Below, one piece after another: positions 1 to 12,779 of a DNA stretch of 64,000 nucleotides. Below the pieces are notes generated by a model. The model worked only from the letters and a program-made list of their open reading frames with translations. It made no database searches and was not told the DNA's origin. Position 1 is the first letter of the stretch. The number at the start of each line of letters is the position of its first letter. This DNA comes from Zancudomyces culisetae HAW-14-8 (Eukaryota > Fungi > Kickxellomycota): assembly GCA_052426225.1 (NCBI GenBank), contig JBNJNM010000013.1:1674001-1738000 (forward strand), in the 5' to 3' direction. The translations under genes were made by a program, and so were the position numbers.

Positions 1-1713
1 AGAGAGGCTGCAGCTATCAAAATTTATAAAGTTTGTTCAAGGATACAAGCTAGAAGCAGACAATCAAGAACGAGACAATAGCAACGCTGGGACTTTTTAC
101 GAGCTTCTGAAGAACAAATACAACTTGAGCGAAAGAACGATATTTGCATTGAGTTACAACATATGTGCAGAAGGCAGAGTGAATAGTATTAGTGAACAAG
201 AAGGGTGCGAGGCATTTTTGAAATATGTGGGGTCGATAGGGAGATATGGAAAAATGGCATATTTATATCCAATGTATGGAGGAGGATCGGAGCTATCGCA
301 GGCATTTTGTAGGTAAGTGCAGTAAAATCTAGAGCCATTTCATGTATTTAGGCGATGAGAGAAGCTGTTTTGAAAAAGAGGTTTGAAGGGAGAGAAGGGG
401 GGAAGAGAGAAGAGAGAAGAGAGAGAATAACAAATTTGTTTTTATCGATTTGGATATAATAAAATCTAGATCGGCTGCTGTATCTGGAGGAGTTTTCATG
501 ATGGGGACAGAGATAAAAAATATTGAGGAGTGCACCTCAGAAAATGGTGCAGTTGAGGATAAGAGTAGAGGCGGATTTAGGGTAGAGTTCGAAGGAGATA
601 TCAAGATCAAAATGAACAGGATAATAAGCAATGAAAATTATGGGGCTCTGTTTACTGAAATGAAAGGCAAGACTAGGTAAATAAATAATAATTAGAATGT
701 GAAAACGTGACTATTTACATCAATGAACATCATGCGTAGAAAACAAGTAAATCTATTGCTAAATAGTAACAAGAACGGTAAAGGAAAAACAATTGGAAAA
801 TCATACGTAAGAGCAGTTGTGGTGTTTGAGGGACAAGGTATACAGGATATGAATTTAGGGCTTGTGACAGTTCCCAGAATTGGTGGTGTGGTATTGGAGT
901 ATCCAATATATATACTACAGACGACGAGCGAGACAAGGAACAGTCCCAATGGCAAATGTAATTGAAAAAAAAACACTAGTATTTAGTTATTTATAATATC
1001 AATTATCCATTCTTCAAAGTAAAAAATAATAATTAACAACTGAACATTGAAAATGGTGTAGCAATACTATATGGCTGGATGGAATGTAAAGAAACCAATG
1101 AACAGAGTGATTACGAAACGCTGCGAAAAGGAATAAATGAGGTTGTTGGCTCATCAGTAGCACAAACAGACAAAAAAGGCAAAGCAAAGTCCAAAGCTCA
1201 AGATATTGATACGCAAAAGCGAGCGATGAGAGCGAGTGAACAGGGTGAAGCCGGTAAGGACGAGGATTCAGATGTGGATTCAGATTTAGATTTGGATTTA
1301 GATTCTGACTCCGATTATGACTTGGATTCCGAGATCGATCAAGGAAGTGAGGTGGAAGATGGGATTTTATGTGGCTCCAAGTCTTTGGGTATTGAAACGC
1401 AAACAGGTAAGAAAACAATGATGGACCTTCATTTCTCTGGATGAAAAAATAAAATAAAAATTGCGGAGATATAGATATAAACTAATTTGCAACAATCTTT
1501 ATAAAAATAGATGAAAGTAAACAAAGCAGTGTAATTCTTTCGATTTTCTATACAAGTAATGAATACCACACACCAAAGCTGACAGAAGCAAACATTGCGG
1601 AGATGACTCGAGGATCTGTTATATTGACTGAAATTGGTCTTGGCTCGACTATTCACTTTGGAGATTTGGCGGGAATAGCGACTGAGTATATGCATAATTT
1701 GGTGCAGGAATAA
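1..1713 (+). CDS. MRS6: Rab escort protein (REP/Rab GGTase component A, GDI family), 5' end outside the window, multi-exon
   Basis: Splicing intron 313-469 (GTAAGT..CTAG) gives SIGRYGKMAYLYPMYGGGSELSQAFCR|SAAVSGGVFMM, the GDI/REP conserved region in its REP-like form. Further GT-AG introns lie at about 677-766, 958-1061 and 1407-1556. The last exon ends LVQE-TAA at 1713. Confidence 0.8.
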
Positions 1714-2074
1714 GGGTTACGACATTCTCTTGAACCTTAACCTTAACCTTAACCTTTGCTTTTATATCTATCATGTTTACAGAATTTTGGTAGTATTGAT
1801 CGATTCAGTTTGGTAATACAGTTTGGATGCCATTTTTTTCCTTTCTTTTTTTTAATTAGCAACATTTCTTTTACCAATGAATTGGAATAGTTTGGTGGGA
1901 TTACTGTTTTTTTTTTTCAATTCCGAAAAACCAATGAAATAAGAAAACAATACAGCAAATACATATACAATGTAGTTTTTCTTTTTCTTTTTCTTTTTAG
2001 TCCTGTGCTTTTTTTCAAAGTTCAGCTAATAGAAGCGAAAGCATAAAAGATTCAAAGTGCGAGATTGATGAAAA

Positions 2075-4163
2075 ATGGAGCGGATAGAGATTGGAACTAA
2101 CAAGAGACCTAAATTGAGGGATAAGGAAGTTATTAAAGCTATTACAAAGCAGGTGATACTTCGAACCGAGTAAGTTTTACCTTTATACCTTTCATCTTTT
2201 GAATTAATTAAAAAAACTGAAAATATAGTAAAAATGGATGAGTTGGGATGGGGTGGGGTGGGATGGGGTTTGTGTAGAGTGACTAATGGAAGAGGAGGTG
2301 TGCTTGGATAGAAATTAACTCTTTTCAAAACAAAGAGGGTTTTTTTAAAAGGATAAAAAAAGTATATATATTATAAAGGAGAAAAAATTGAAGGTTGGAA
2401 ATGATATCGACGTTAGGGTCCAGAACGCCACAAAATCAACAACCAAGGGGCGAAGCGAAGGCACATTATATACGACGAACCAGAGGCTGGTGTTTGTTGA
2501 TTCAAAACATGTACAAACCAATTCCAAAAGTATAAATTTTTGGGAAATTTTGGAGGTGGAAGAGGAGGTAAGAAGAAGAAAAAAAAGTTACTTGTCTTGG
2601 TGAATATAGAAAAAAAAAGTATAAAAGTGTAAAAATATAAATGGAAAATAAACAAAATAGAAAACAATTCTGCGAACCCGGGCCAAAGTAATACTGACAC
2701 TAAAAGATGGAAACAAAGAAAAACGAATTGATGAGCAACGAAATGGAGGGAGGGTCAAAGAAGGAGAGGGAGAGGGAGAGGGTAGTGGTGGCTCGAAGGT
2801 TTCTGAGTTAGGAGTGGAGACGGTATTGGGGGCTTGGGAATGCGAGATATGTCAACACATCAACGAAATAACAAGCAATACCAAAAGTAGAAAGTGTGAG
2901 TTGTGTGGGATAGTAGATAGGGAAGAGAGGACAAGTAATATAACAGAGATAATGGAGCGAACAAGTATGGGGAAACAGAACGAGGTTGTAAAAGAAGAAG
3001 GAAGTAAGAGTATGAGTAAGAGTAAGAGTAAGGAAGAAGAGGAGGGAAAGGAGTGTAAAGTATGTACATTTATTAACCACCGAGATATGAGGTATTGCGA
3101 AATGTGTGAAAATATATTTGAGGAGGAACAAGAAGAAGAAAAAGGGAAGGAGAACGAAAAAGAAGAGGAATTAATGGAATGGATAGATGATATAGTGGAG
3201 AGGGAAAACGAAAAGGTGGTGTTTGAGATGCAAGGGACAATATCGATAGCACGGATGCTTCGACAGCTAATAGAGGAATGTGAAAATGAACGAGAAAAAG
3301 AAAAAGAAAAAGAAAAAGAGCAGGAGAAAGAAAGAGAGGAGAAAGAAGAAGAAGTAGGAACAGGAACAGGAGCAGGAGCAGGAACAGGAACAGGATTAGG
3401 AGTAGGAGTAGGAGTAGGAATGGGGGAAATGGGAGTAGGAGTGGCTAGACTAATGAGAAATATGGAGGATGGGCAACGGGCAAGCAAGCAGGCGCTTGGA
3501 GAGGCGTTTGTTGATCTTGAAGGGTTGAAGGGGAAGGCAGAGCAACTGGTAGAAGTTGCACAGCGGCTGGTACGCAAACTAGAGCCAGGACGCGAAGGAA
3601 AGGAGGAAGGATTTGGCAAGTATTTAGAGGTGATGGGGCTAGACGATCCGGTTACAAAAGATGCAGCGGGGGCAGCGTACCACGAGGAGCTGGCGAAGGA
3701 GCTGAGTGGGTTTGTGGAAGAATATGTGGAGAAAGCAGGCGGGTCGGTGGCAGTGGTGGAGCTGTACTGTCTGTACAACCGGGCACGTGGAATGACGCAG
3801 TTGGTGTATCCAGCAGACTTTGTGGCGGCGTGTCGCAAGTTTGAGACGCTGCAATTACCGCTTGAGCTGAAGCAGTTTTCAAGTGGCGTGCTTGCGGTGG
3901 AGCGAAACAAGCGGGCAGATGTGGGTGGAGTGTATGAGCGGCTGGCAGCATATGTGCAGTCGTTTGGGGGGTTATCGGCGCTGGACTATGCGGCATTGGA
4001 GGAGGTGCCGGTGGTGCGAGCGCGGGAGTATTTGACGGGAGCGGAGGAAGGGGGGATAGTGTGCCGAGACGAACAACACGGCGAGGTGCGATACTATCCG
4101 AATGAGTTTAAACAGTGGGCGAAAAACTTAACAGCAGAGTATATTATTGATCAAGTAAAATAA
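2075..4163 (+). CDS. VPS36: ESCRT-II subunit Vps36 (split GLUE domain, two NZF zinc fingers, winged-helix C-terminus), 3 exons
   Basis: Exon 1 (2075-2169) reads MERIEIGTNKRPKLRDKE. Exon 2 contains GTLYTTNQRLVFVD (GLUE). Exon 3 has NZF motifs WECEICQHIN..CELCG and ECKVCTFIN..CEMC, then AFVDLEGLKGKAEQLV, YHEELAKEL, YCLYNRARG and CRDEQHGEVRYYPNEF. Confidence 0.93.
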
Positions 4164-4198
4164 AACGATATAAAATAGGGTAAATAAATAAAAATATA

Positions 4199-6315
4199 TT
4201 AACATAAAGGTACATTAACAGCCAGCCCACCCAACGACGTTTCTTTGTATTTGCTCATCATGTCTATGCCTGTCTGTCGCATTGTTTCAATCACCTGGTC
4301 CAGTGTAACAACATGGCTGCCGTCGCCCTGCAGAGCCAACTGAGCTGCACTGACGGCCTTGACTGCGCCCAGGGCATTGCGCTCGATGCAGGGAATCTGC
4401 ACCAGCCCATCAACAGGGTCGCAGGTCAGGCCCAGGTTGTGTTCCATTCCGATTTCTGCAGCGTTTTCGACCTGTTCGGGCGTGCCACCCATGACAGCAG
4501 CCAGTCCAGCTGCGCCCATACTGCACGCAACGCCTACTTCGCCTTGGCAGCCCATTTCTGCAGCCGAAATGCTGGCGCCTCGCTTATACAGCATCCCGAT
4601 TGCGGCCGAAGTAAGCAAATATGTTAGCACGTCGCGGACTGGATCCTTGCTGTAGAATTCAATGTAGTACTTGAGCACGGCGGGCAGAATCCCCGCAGCA
4701 CCGTTCGTTGGGGCGGTAACAACACGCCCGCCAGCTGCGTTTTCTTCGTTAACTGCAATGGCGTAGACTGTCAGGTAGTCGAGATGAGACGGCGCAAAGT
4801 TTTTGGTTGCCGATGAGGTTTGGCGCAGAAACCCAAGCGCATTTGTCTGGGCAGTAGTCAGTTCGAGTTGCTCGGCAGTCGGCGCCGCTACACGCTTAGT
4901 GTCGACTGTCAGTGGCCCATCGATGGATGTGTGCTGGCTGTAAATGCCTCGGAACAGGTTGTGGTACAGTTTAGGTGCGCGCCGCTTGAGTTTTATGTTA
5001 CCTGGCAACAAGACGTTGTTTGTGTTTAGGCATCCGCGCCTAATCGACTCGTTCATCACGTTCCAAATATTCAGCGCGTCTTTGGTGACTGTCTCGGCAT
5101 CTCGCCATGTCAGCTCATTCAGCATCACAATCTCCGCTATTGACAGCTGCTTGGCTCGACACAACGCCAACAGATCTGCACCTGTCGAGAATGGCAGCGA
5201 CGCAAGCACTGTGTCTTGGTTGAACTTGGACTTCTTCTTTTCCGCATCTTCTAGCTCCACTTCGTCCATAAAATACACATTCAATCCGTGTGCAACCTGA
5301 GTCTTTTCATTCACTACAAAGCCTCCGCCAATAGAAAAGTACTCATTGGTTGCAACCATGTCGCCGTTTCCATCAAACACACTAAACCGCATTCCGTTGG
5401 GATGTTGCACCAGCGTAACTGCTCCGTTCAGCTCCAGATCACGTGCTACCTCGAATTTGACCCGGTGATTGCCGCCCAGATTGATTGTCTCTGTCTTCTT
5501 GATGCCCTCAACCCGCTGGCTAATCAGCTCTGTCTCCACGCTTTCTGGCGACTCGCCTTCCAGCCCCATCAGCACCGCATTGGGTGTGCCGTGGCCAATT
5601 CCCGTAAGTGCCAAGCTGCCGTAGAGTGTTACCTTGATCCGTGTCACTTTTTTTAGTACGCCGTGTTGTTCCAGACTTGTAATAAACATCTTTGCCGCCC
5701 GCATTGGTCCAACTGTGTGACTGGAGCTGGGTCCAATTCCTATCGAAAACAAATCGAACATGCTGACTACTGCATGGTGTTCTGCATCTTTGTATCCTTC
5801 TTTTTGGTATTGTTCTTCTACCTTATTTTCCTATTTTTTCATTTTCATTTCCATTTCAAAAAAAAAATAAAGTTGGGGTAATTCTTGCAAGATATAAAAT
5901 TACCCTTTTACCAACTAACCTCCTTCCCCCCCTCCTCCCCCACCCTTCACTCTTTACTTACTTTTATGTTCTTTACTGGTTCTAGTGTACTGTTAAATCT
6001 CCTTGTATACCCTACTTGCCCATACTGTTGACCCGCAACCGAATAGCTAGAGTAGCTATTTCTGCTCTCAACCACTGAGGATGCTATACCTGACACCAAC
6101 AAGCCTCCCTTGCGTGTCATACAAGCTCTATTTACCCGACGCGAATATGCATACCCATGTGCATGTGTATATGTGGTTGAGGTTATTGGCCTTGAGCTTG
6201 AACTTGAATTTGAACTTGAACTTGAAAGTACTCGCTGGGTATGGACGTTGCCAGCACCAATACTTGTCCTAACAATAGGGTATACCACTGTCTTGCTTGT
6301 TGCTGTTGTCAACAT
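4199..6315 (-). CDS. sdaA: Iron-sulfur-dependent L-serine dehydratase (SdaA/SdaB type, fused beta+alpha) with N-terminal mitochondrial-type leader, 2 exons
   Basis: Motifs are [67 protein letters not shown] and [23 protein letters not shown]. Exon 1 (6315-5962, 118 codons, S/T/R-rich and nearly free of acidic residues) joins in frame through intron 5961-5831 (GTAAGT..ATAG) to exon 2 (5830-4199). Confidence 0.93.
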
Positions 6316-7373
6316 GTTTTTTCTTTTTCTTTTTGTTTTTCTTTTGTCAAATGAAAGGTTACAGTTTTATCTTGTATTAGTTTTATTTTATAAAAAAAAG
6401 GAAAGCAAAAACCCACCCTCCCTTTGTGTTGAGATTATTTTGATTCTATATATTATATTAACATAATACGCTCGACATTGTAGACATTCTTCCGCACTAT
6501 ATATATACGAATATATAATTTATTTATTTTTTCCTTGGTCATTGTAAATAAATGTTATAAATCATAACAATCACAAGGTTTTGGAGTAAAAAGTAAATAA
6601 TCTCTGTTTTTTACAAATGAAAATCTTGGTCTCATTTGATCTTCATGACTTCCACTCTGTACCAGAGAAAAAAATCTAATATTTATAATTATTTTCATTA
6701 AATTACTATTCCCCTTTCTTGTACCCTTTAATAAAATAAAAAAATAGATATTCTAATTGAATAAAACAAAATCATGGGTATGATTCATTCGTTCCGCTTT
6801 ATTCATTCATTCATTTATCCATTCAGTTAATCGCGGTGGAAAATTCAAAACTTTAAACAAAAATGGCTGAAAAAAATTGACCTGTGCACTTTTACTCCTC
6901 CTCATCCTCCCCCCACGCCACAATTATTATTTTTATTATTTTCGTTTGATGAATCTACCCACTTGTTCTTATTCCCACAATGGGTCAAAATAATCAATCA
7001 AATAATTACTATTTTTTTTATTTTTTTTATTTTAGCAACGTGGATAATAATTCCTCGAATCTCTTTAAAATTCCGGTTGAAACATTATAACCCTAAAACT
7101 TCATCCCCCTCCCCCCTTCCCCTTTCTCCCATCTACTTTGTTCACTTACTATTGACAAATAACATGTTTTCATAGTTTTCCTTTTATTCTTTTCAAACTA
7201 AAACTACCGCCCACCCCCTCATCCTCATCCTCCTCCCCAAAAAACCTCTTGAGCTTTAATTATAAAATTTACAGACAAAAAAAAAATGACGCTAGTATAA
7301 AAAGTATACGAACACACACACACGCAGACACACTCGCATTAGATAAATGGTGATTTTTTTTCTTGTTTCTAAA

Positions 7374-9242
7374 TCACATCTCATCATCACTCAACAAAAG
7401 TCGTCTTTTGGCAGTAGCCTTGCTGGATGCAAGAGACGACCCAGAGTCATATGCCTTCCTGTGTTTTTTGTTCGAGTGGGAACTTGACTGGTGTTTATCA
7501 TGCTTATGTTTGTGTTTATGTTTGTGACGTCTACTACTATCCTCACCACTAAAATCTGAATCCTCAGTTTCATCCGGTGAATCCTGCCCAACATCCTCAT
7601 CGTCATCCACCACAAAATCATCCAGCTCGTCATGGTAATAATTGTCATTTTGTCGCTGCGAACGTGCTGCACCGCCAGCTGGCCTCCGCCCTGCAGCATT
7701 GGCTGATGATGAGAATCCAGCTCTTCCTGATGGCGACTGGTTCTGAACTTTTCTGTTTGCCGCTTTATAAGATTGCTCTGTTCGATTGTATAGTCCATAA
7801 CTACCACCAGCCGCATCGTATTCATCAACCTCGAGCTCCTCGTCTTCATCGGAATGGTAGGCTGATTGACTCTGTGATTTTCTGGAGGATCGAGGCGGTT
7901 CCAACCCTGCCAGAATCCGTTCTTGCTGCCTTCGCTTTGTGGATTCGATTCTTCGCATCGCCTTTTCTCGTGATTCCTCCATTTTCTCAATCTCTTTCGC
8001 CTCCAACTCTGGATTTCTTTCTGGAACATACAGTTTAGTGCCTCCACTGCCTCCTCCACCAGAAGATCCTCCAGTCGCCTTATTCGCGTACTTTCGGACC
8101 TCACTCGTGCCTCCAAATGCAAAAGCTTCTTCTGACAGCCCTGGGAGTACTGTATTGCTGGTTCCTGCCCGACCATCATTATAATATCCTCCTGCCTCTC
8201 CTGCCGCTGTCGTCAACACTCGCACTTGCGACGCACTGTTTGCCCTAACCACCCAGCTCTCATTAATCCGCGCCTGTACCTCTAGCAACCCTTCCTGATT
8301 GTGGTGTGAGGCAACAAATACATTGCTTTCTTTGATTGCATTTTTGGCCAGACTCGCCGCCCCTCCTGCTGCTCCCATCGCCCCTGCACCCTGTGCGTCT
8401 GGCTTTGCTATTGGCTCAACTCCTCCTACTAGCGAAGTTCCCTCAATCAAAAACGGCTCTGCATCTCCTACATGTAGTGTCATTGTTCCATTGCTCCAAC
8501 TCACCAGGTATGTATTTGTAACGCCTTCGCTGCCATCTGCCTGTGGATCGCGTTTTCCCCATCTGATTGTATTTTCCATTGCTGTCTTTGCCACCTCCCC
8601 CCATTCCTTTGCTACTTTTGCGCTCTTTCTGCCTCCTTTTCGCTTAAAATATTCCTCTCTCTCCCTTTCAAACGCATCAGACCACTTGCTCTCCACAAAT
8701 TCTTTGGGTTCCACCTTCAACCCCTTGGGTAATTTCGCCATTACCAGGATTTGTGTGTTTGTAGATATCTGTTGCTGTTTGCTCACCTCTGCCTCCATTA
8801 CCCGGATTTCTTGTTTTCCAATTATCTCATCTTCTTCCTCTGCACTATAATTTTCTCTTTCAACAACTCGCTCCTCTTGCTCCTTCTCTTCCTCATCTCG
8901 TTCACTTTTTTCTTGTTCCTCTTTTTCCATATGATCTTCACACTCGCTCCCAAACATATCTTCTATAGCGCTCCGTTCATTGATTCGTTTTTCACCTTCA
9001 TATTCTTCAAACTCCTCTTCAACACTTTTATTCTCCTCATTCCTATTTTCTTTGCCCTCATTCTCGTCTTCACTCTCTCCAAATATGTCTCCCCATTTAT
9101 TCTCTTGATCATCATCCTCTCGTTCTGATTGCCCCTTTATGCTCTCATCCTCCATTTCTTCGTCTATATCCTCTGTCAGATTCTGGCGCCTATCCTCGAT
9201 CTCTCGCATTTCGGATCCACCTTCTCTATCTTCAAATTCCAT
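7374..9242 (-). CDS. LEO1: Paf1 complex subunit Leo1
   Basis: Acidic N-terminus, then a Leo1 core: KLPKGLKVEPKEF, MENTIRW and TNTYLVSWSNGTMTLHVG. The C-terminus has DDFVVDDDED and a basic/acidic tail. It is a single 622-aa ORF. Confidence 0.88.
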   Translation of the reverse strand: MEFEDREGGSEMREIEDRRQNLTEDIDEEMEDESIKGQSEREDDDQENKWGDIFGESEDENEGKENRNEENKSVEEEFEEYEGEKRINERSAIEDMFGSECEDHMEKEEQEKSERDEEEKEQEERVVERENYSAEEEDEIIGKQEIRVMEAEVSKQQQISTNTQILVMAKLPKGLKVEPKEFVESKWSDAFEREREEYFKRKGGRKSAKVAKEWGEVAKTAMENTIRWGKRDPQADGSEGVTNTYLVSWSNGTMTLHVGDAEPFLIEGTSLVGGVEPIAKPDAQGAGAMGAAGGAASLAKNAIKESNVFVASHHNQEGLLEVQARINESWVVRANSASQVRVLTTAAGEAGGYYNDGRAGTSNTVLPGLSEEAFAFGGTSEVRKYANKATGGSSGGGGSGGTKLYVPERNPELEAKEIEKMEESREKAMRRIESTKRRQQERILAGLEPPRSSRKSQSQSAYHSDEDEELEVDEYDAAGGSYGLYNRTEQSYKAANRKVQNQSPSGRAGFSSSANAAGRRPAGGAARSQRQNDNYYHDELDDFVVDDDEDVGQDSPDETEDSDFSGEDSSRRHKHKHKHKHDKHQSSSHSNKKHRKAYDSGSSLASSKATAKRRLLLSDDEM

Positions 9243-9822
9243 CCAAACGTATTTAGCCTTCCTTTATTTCTTCCCTTTTTCCTCCCTCCTTTCAATCTCT
9301 GGATGAAAAAAACGGATTCCTGTACTAGATTGCGAGTTTTTTTTCTCAATCTTTATAAAAGTTACCAGTTATCCCAGTGTCGTTTTTTTTTCCTCGTTAT
9401 ACCTATCCAACTAACCTCCTATTACTATTATCAAAACTTTAATCTTTAAAATCCCCTCCAAAATCTTTATTTACAAGAGTATTTTTTTTCTTTAATTATT
9501 TTCTTTTTTTTCCTGTTAATCTTTTTTTTTTCGCGTTTTGAAAATTAAATCAAACCAACCCCACCATACCCTAGCCAACTTGCCTCCCCATCTTAATCCT
9601 AGTCAGGGCAACAATTTTTCTTGGCTCTAAAGCAATATTATTATATTTCGTCTTTTCACAAATGTTTGAACATCAAAGTACGTATCTACCCCCAAACCAT
9701 TTCTCTTTATTCAGAATTAAACAGGTTAACTAGATAAAATAAAACTGCAAACATGTAGAATAAACCAACACTACTATATATACCTGTACTGTCTGCACAT
9801 GCCTCACTGGGTTTATGCCAAC

Positions 9823-11053
9823 TCACCATATTTCAAACCCATCGCCATTGATATCGCGAATGATCCAGCTGGAGCGGGCAACAGGGTATACAACGTATTC
9901 ACAAGTACTGTCATCCTCGCTATCGTCACATTTAACGGCATTGCTTATTCCCACCAACTCAACTGTCGATTCTCTAGCCTTCGCCCTCCTGCCTGTACCA
10001 GATGGCTTCACATCATCTTGACTTCCAGTGGTTGGGTTATGTTTTATTTTTTTTGTTTGGAAAAATAGACTACCATATTGCACAACCTCATAACTTTCAT
10101 CCTCTTTTTCATACCCGAGTATGCATTTATGACTCTTTTTTTCTGTTTTTGGACCTACTTTTGCCATTGTATCATCCACAGTTTCCCCATCTTGCATGAA
10201 TCCCTTTTGTATTACTGTTTGTTCTTTTGTAAAACGTATCTCACCATTCTCCATATAGTAGTAGAAACAGTTTGAAATAGGTGTATACTTGGCACTGTTG
10301 TAGGTAGGTTTCATATTTCTCAAAGTGTTTCTTTCCTTGTTATAAAAATAGTCAAACTGAACTAGCTTTTTTCTGTCAACAAAACTATCTGGATGTATTG
10401 AGAAAAATCTGGTGAACAAACTCTTTGGTTCACTACCATTTAACGTCAAAACAACATATTGCTGGGATAAAGGAGTTCCATACTTATCACGCGCATCCAA
10501 TGGCCCGTAATTCACCTTCTCAACCCCTCTGTGCTTTTTTAGTGGGGCGTAGACTTTACTGTTGAACGGAGCTATAATTATTATACACACATTAATATAT
10601 ACACTCTATTTATGCACTAAATATGAAATATAATAGCTATAACACTTTTACAATTCATAAAATGATCTGCTTATTACCATTTTGATCAAACAGTTCCTCA
10701 TTTCTCCCATACGCATAAACGTATATATTATTAATAAAACCAAATGAAGAGAAATCAAGAATATAATCCCTGGTGAACACAGGTTCAAGATCCATAAAAC
10801 ACGATGCACTGACCACAATTTTATCATGGCTTACAGCTGCACCCATGCAGTAATGTCGCTTGTTATAAGCCATTGAAAGGTCAACAACCACAATCCCATC
10901 TGTCCTATGATGCACTTCTCTTGTTTTTGTTGTGACATTTCTATTCTCGTTTACTTTAAACTGCTTGATGCCTTGTGGATCTTGAACGTTTTGCTGAAAT
11001 GTTTGCTGTGTTAGCATCAAGGCAAATAACGTGTATAGAGACTGTCTTAACAT
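9823..11053 (-). CDS. Secreted, highly diverged trypsin-fold serine protease homologue without catalytic triad, 2 exons
   Basis: Signal-like N-terminus MLRQSLYTLFALML. Intron 10677-10572 (GTAATA..ATAG) joins the two ORFs in frame (DQN|APFN). YCMGAAVSHDKIVVSASCF resembles FCGGSLI..WVLTAAHC, and the C-terminal ELVGISNAVKC...YVVYPVARSSWI resembles LVGIVS..C..GVYTRV..WI. Confidence 0.6.
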
Positions 11054-12065
11054 CTTCCTTGTCTCGTAAATATTGGCTATCAGATAAGGCTTTGACTAGC
11101 TAATTGACTTTTTAACTTGATAAAAAGATAAGGATACTGTTCTCCCAACCCGTGGTACCTTTGAAAACACAGGGTTTATATACTAATTTCATGCTACTTT
11201 ACACAATACCAGGGTTTTGATGTTTACTGTAGCAGACCCTTTCAGATTCACAAGGATTTTTGAAATAAGTTTAAACTTCTTGGAACATAATTGTACCAAA
11301 ATATCTTTTTTGGAAAAAAATAACATCCAAGGGGGAGGGAAGGAATGTGGTAATGTCGGATCAAAACAAAATATTTTAAAGACGCTCCCAATTCGTTACT
11401 CAACGACTCTTATCTTGGATATTGTGTATATTACAACTGTCGCCCTCATCAATATTTACACAAGTTTCGCCGAAAACCCGTTGATAAATTAAGCGGTATC
11501 TTGTTTTGGACCTCCAGGGTAGGTTTTCAGAAACGTGCAGTTTTGAATGGATCTTTATTAACAGCAATCTCTTGCATGTAGCCAACATAATCGTATTAGT
11601 ATCGGTTCATTATCTTTTTAGGTTTAAATAACATCATATTTTATAGAGTTCACATATTTAAACAATAAAAATGTATATCTTTATTCGGCGTAAACTCTTA
11701 TCGCCATTTCATTGCTTTCAGAATATCTTATGCCCCTACAGTCATTTTTTAACTTTATACTTTTGGTGACAAAATTCGCAAAAGATCAAAAAATATTGGC
11801 AGTAAACATTTTACAATTGTGTTACAACCCCAGTCGTGCTTAAATCAATCCGCACTTTTAAATATTCTCTCGGCATGTATTTTGTGCGGTTGTTCACCAT
11901 CATTAACTTTGGTGAGCTCCAAGGGTAAACAGTTGCATCTTTGATTTTTTGATCCCAAATCAAATGTCTGCTCCAACCCAAAAACCGGGGGATACAATCA
12001 AAGCTGTTTTCAGCAAACCACACTGAATTGAGTTTTCGGTTAAAACTCTCCAACTATTTCAAACC

Positions 12066-12194
12066 AAAAATAAAAAATAAAAAATAAAAAATAAAAAATA
12101 AAAAATAAAAAATAAAAAATAAAAAATAAAAAATAAAAAATAAAAAATAAAAAATAAAAAATAAAAAATAAAAAATAAAAAATAAAAAATAAAA
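12066..12194. repeat. Heptanucleotide microsatellite (TAAAAAA)n, about 18 copies, intergenic
   Basis: Perfect tandem array visible directly in the sequence. Confidence 0.97.
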
Positions 12195-12779
12195 GATAGA
12201 ATAAAAACAGGAAAAAAAACGGGAAAAATACTAATATGTGGTGTTTACGCAAATGCACTACCCATTTTTGGTATTATTTGGAAAGTTTTGTTTATCCAAT
12301 TCTGGGTTTGGATGCGTATAGCAGAATGCTTAAAATCACACTTTTTTGGATTTTTTCAATTCACATTTTGGAATCCAGCGGGAATCAACCAATGGGAATT
12401 TTGAAAAACCAAACCTTTTTTTCGCAAAGCAATTTTTTTTTTCTTGCATTACCGCTCCTAACATTCCTAAGCAACAAATTATTTTTATTTCTCTTATATG
12501 ATTTTTTTGGGGAGGTAGGGGAGGGCAAATGAAAATAATCTCGTGGACTTGATACGCAGCACAGAAAACAGTTGCGAAAAAAAAAACGAGTTTGGAGCTT
12601 GGTATTTAAACGCTTTCATGAGTTGTATTTTTAGTTTTCTTTTCTATTTCGGAATATTTCTGTATTTCCAAACTAAAGGGGCTACTAGATAAGTCTATCC
12701 CTTATTATACCCATATAGTAATTGAACTAAAACTCTAGAAACACCAAAAAAAGAAATATTACTGCAAAACCATATTGGA

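Noticed and set aside
1733-1756. (AACCTT)4 resembling a telomeric repeat
   Set aside because: Only four units, in a 3' UTR position, not TTAGGG or TTAGG, and hexamer microsatellites are common throughout this window.
2852-3910. 352-aa antisense ORF, and similar long antisense or alternate-frame ORFs over LEO1, SPC97, SLA1, RPC2 and IDP
   Set aside because: These are shadows of real genes. Strong purine skew and repeats suppress stop codons on other frames, and the products are low-complexity with no motifs.
9823-9825. TGA ending the diverged trypsin homologue could be a GTGAGT splice donor or recoded stop
   Set aside because: The trypsin-like C-terminal helix (..SSWII..) is already complete and no convincing downstream exon was found.
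11811-12053. 80-aa minus-strand ORF next to the (TAAAAAA)n array
   Set aside because: Non-ATG start, no recognisable motif and no supported splice structure.
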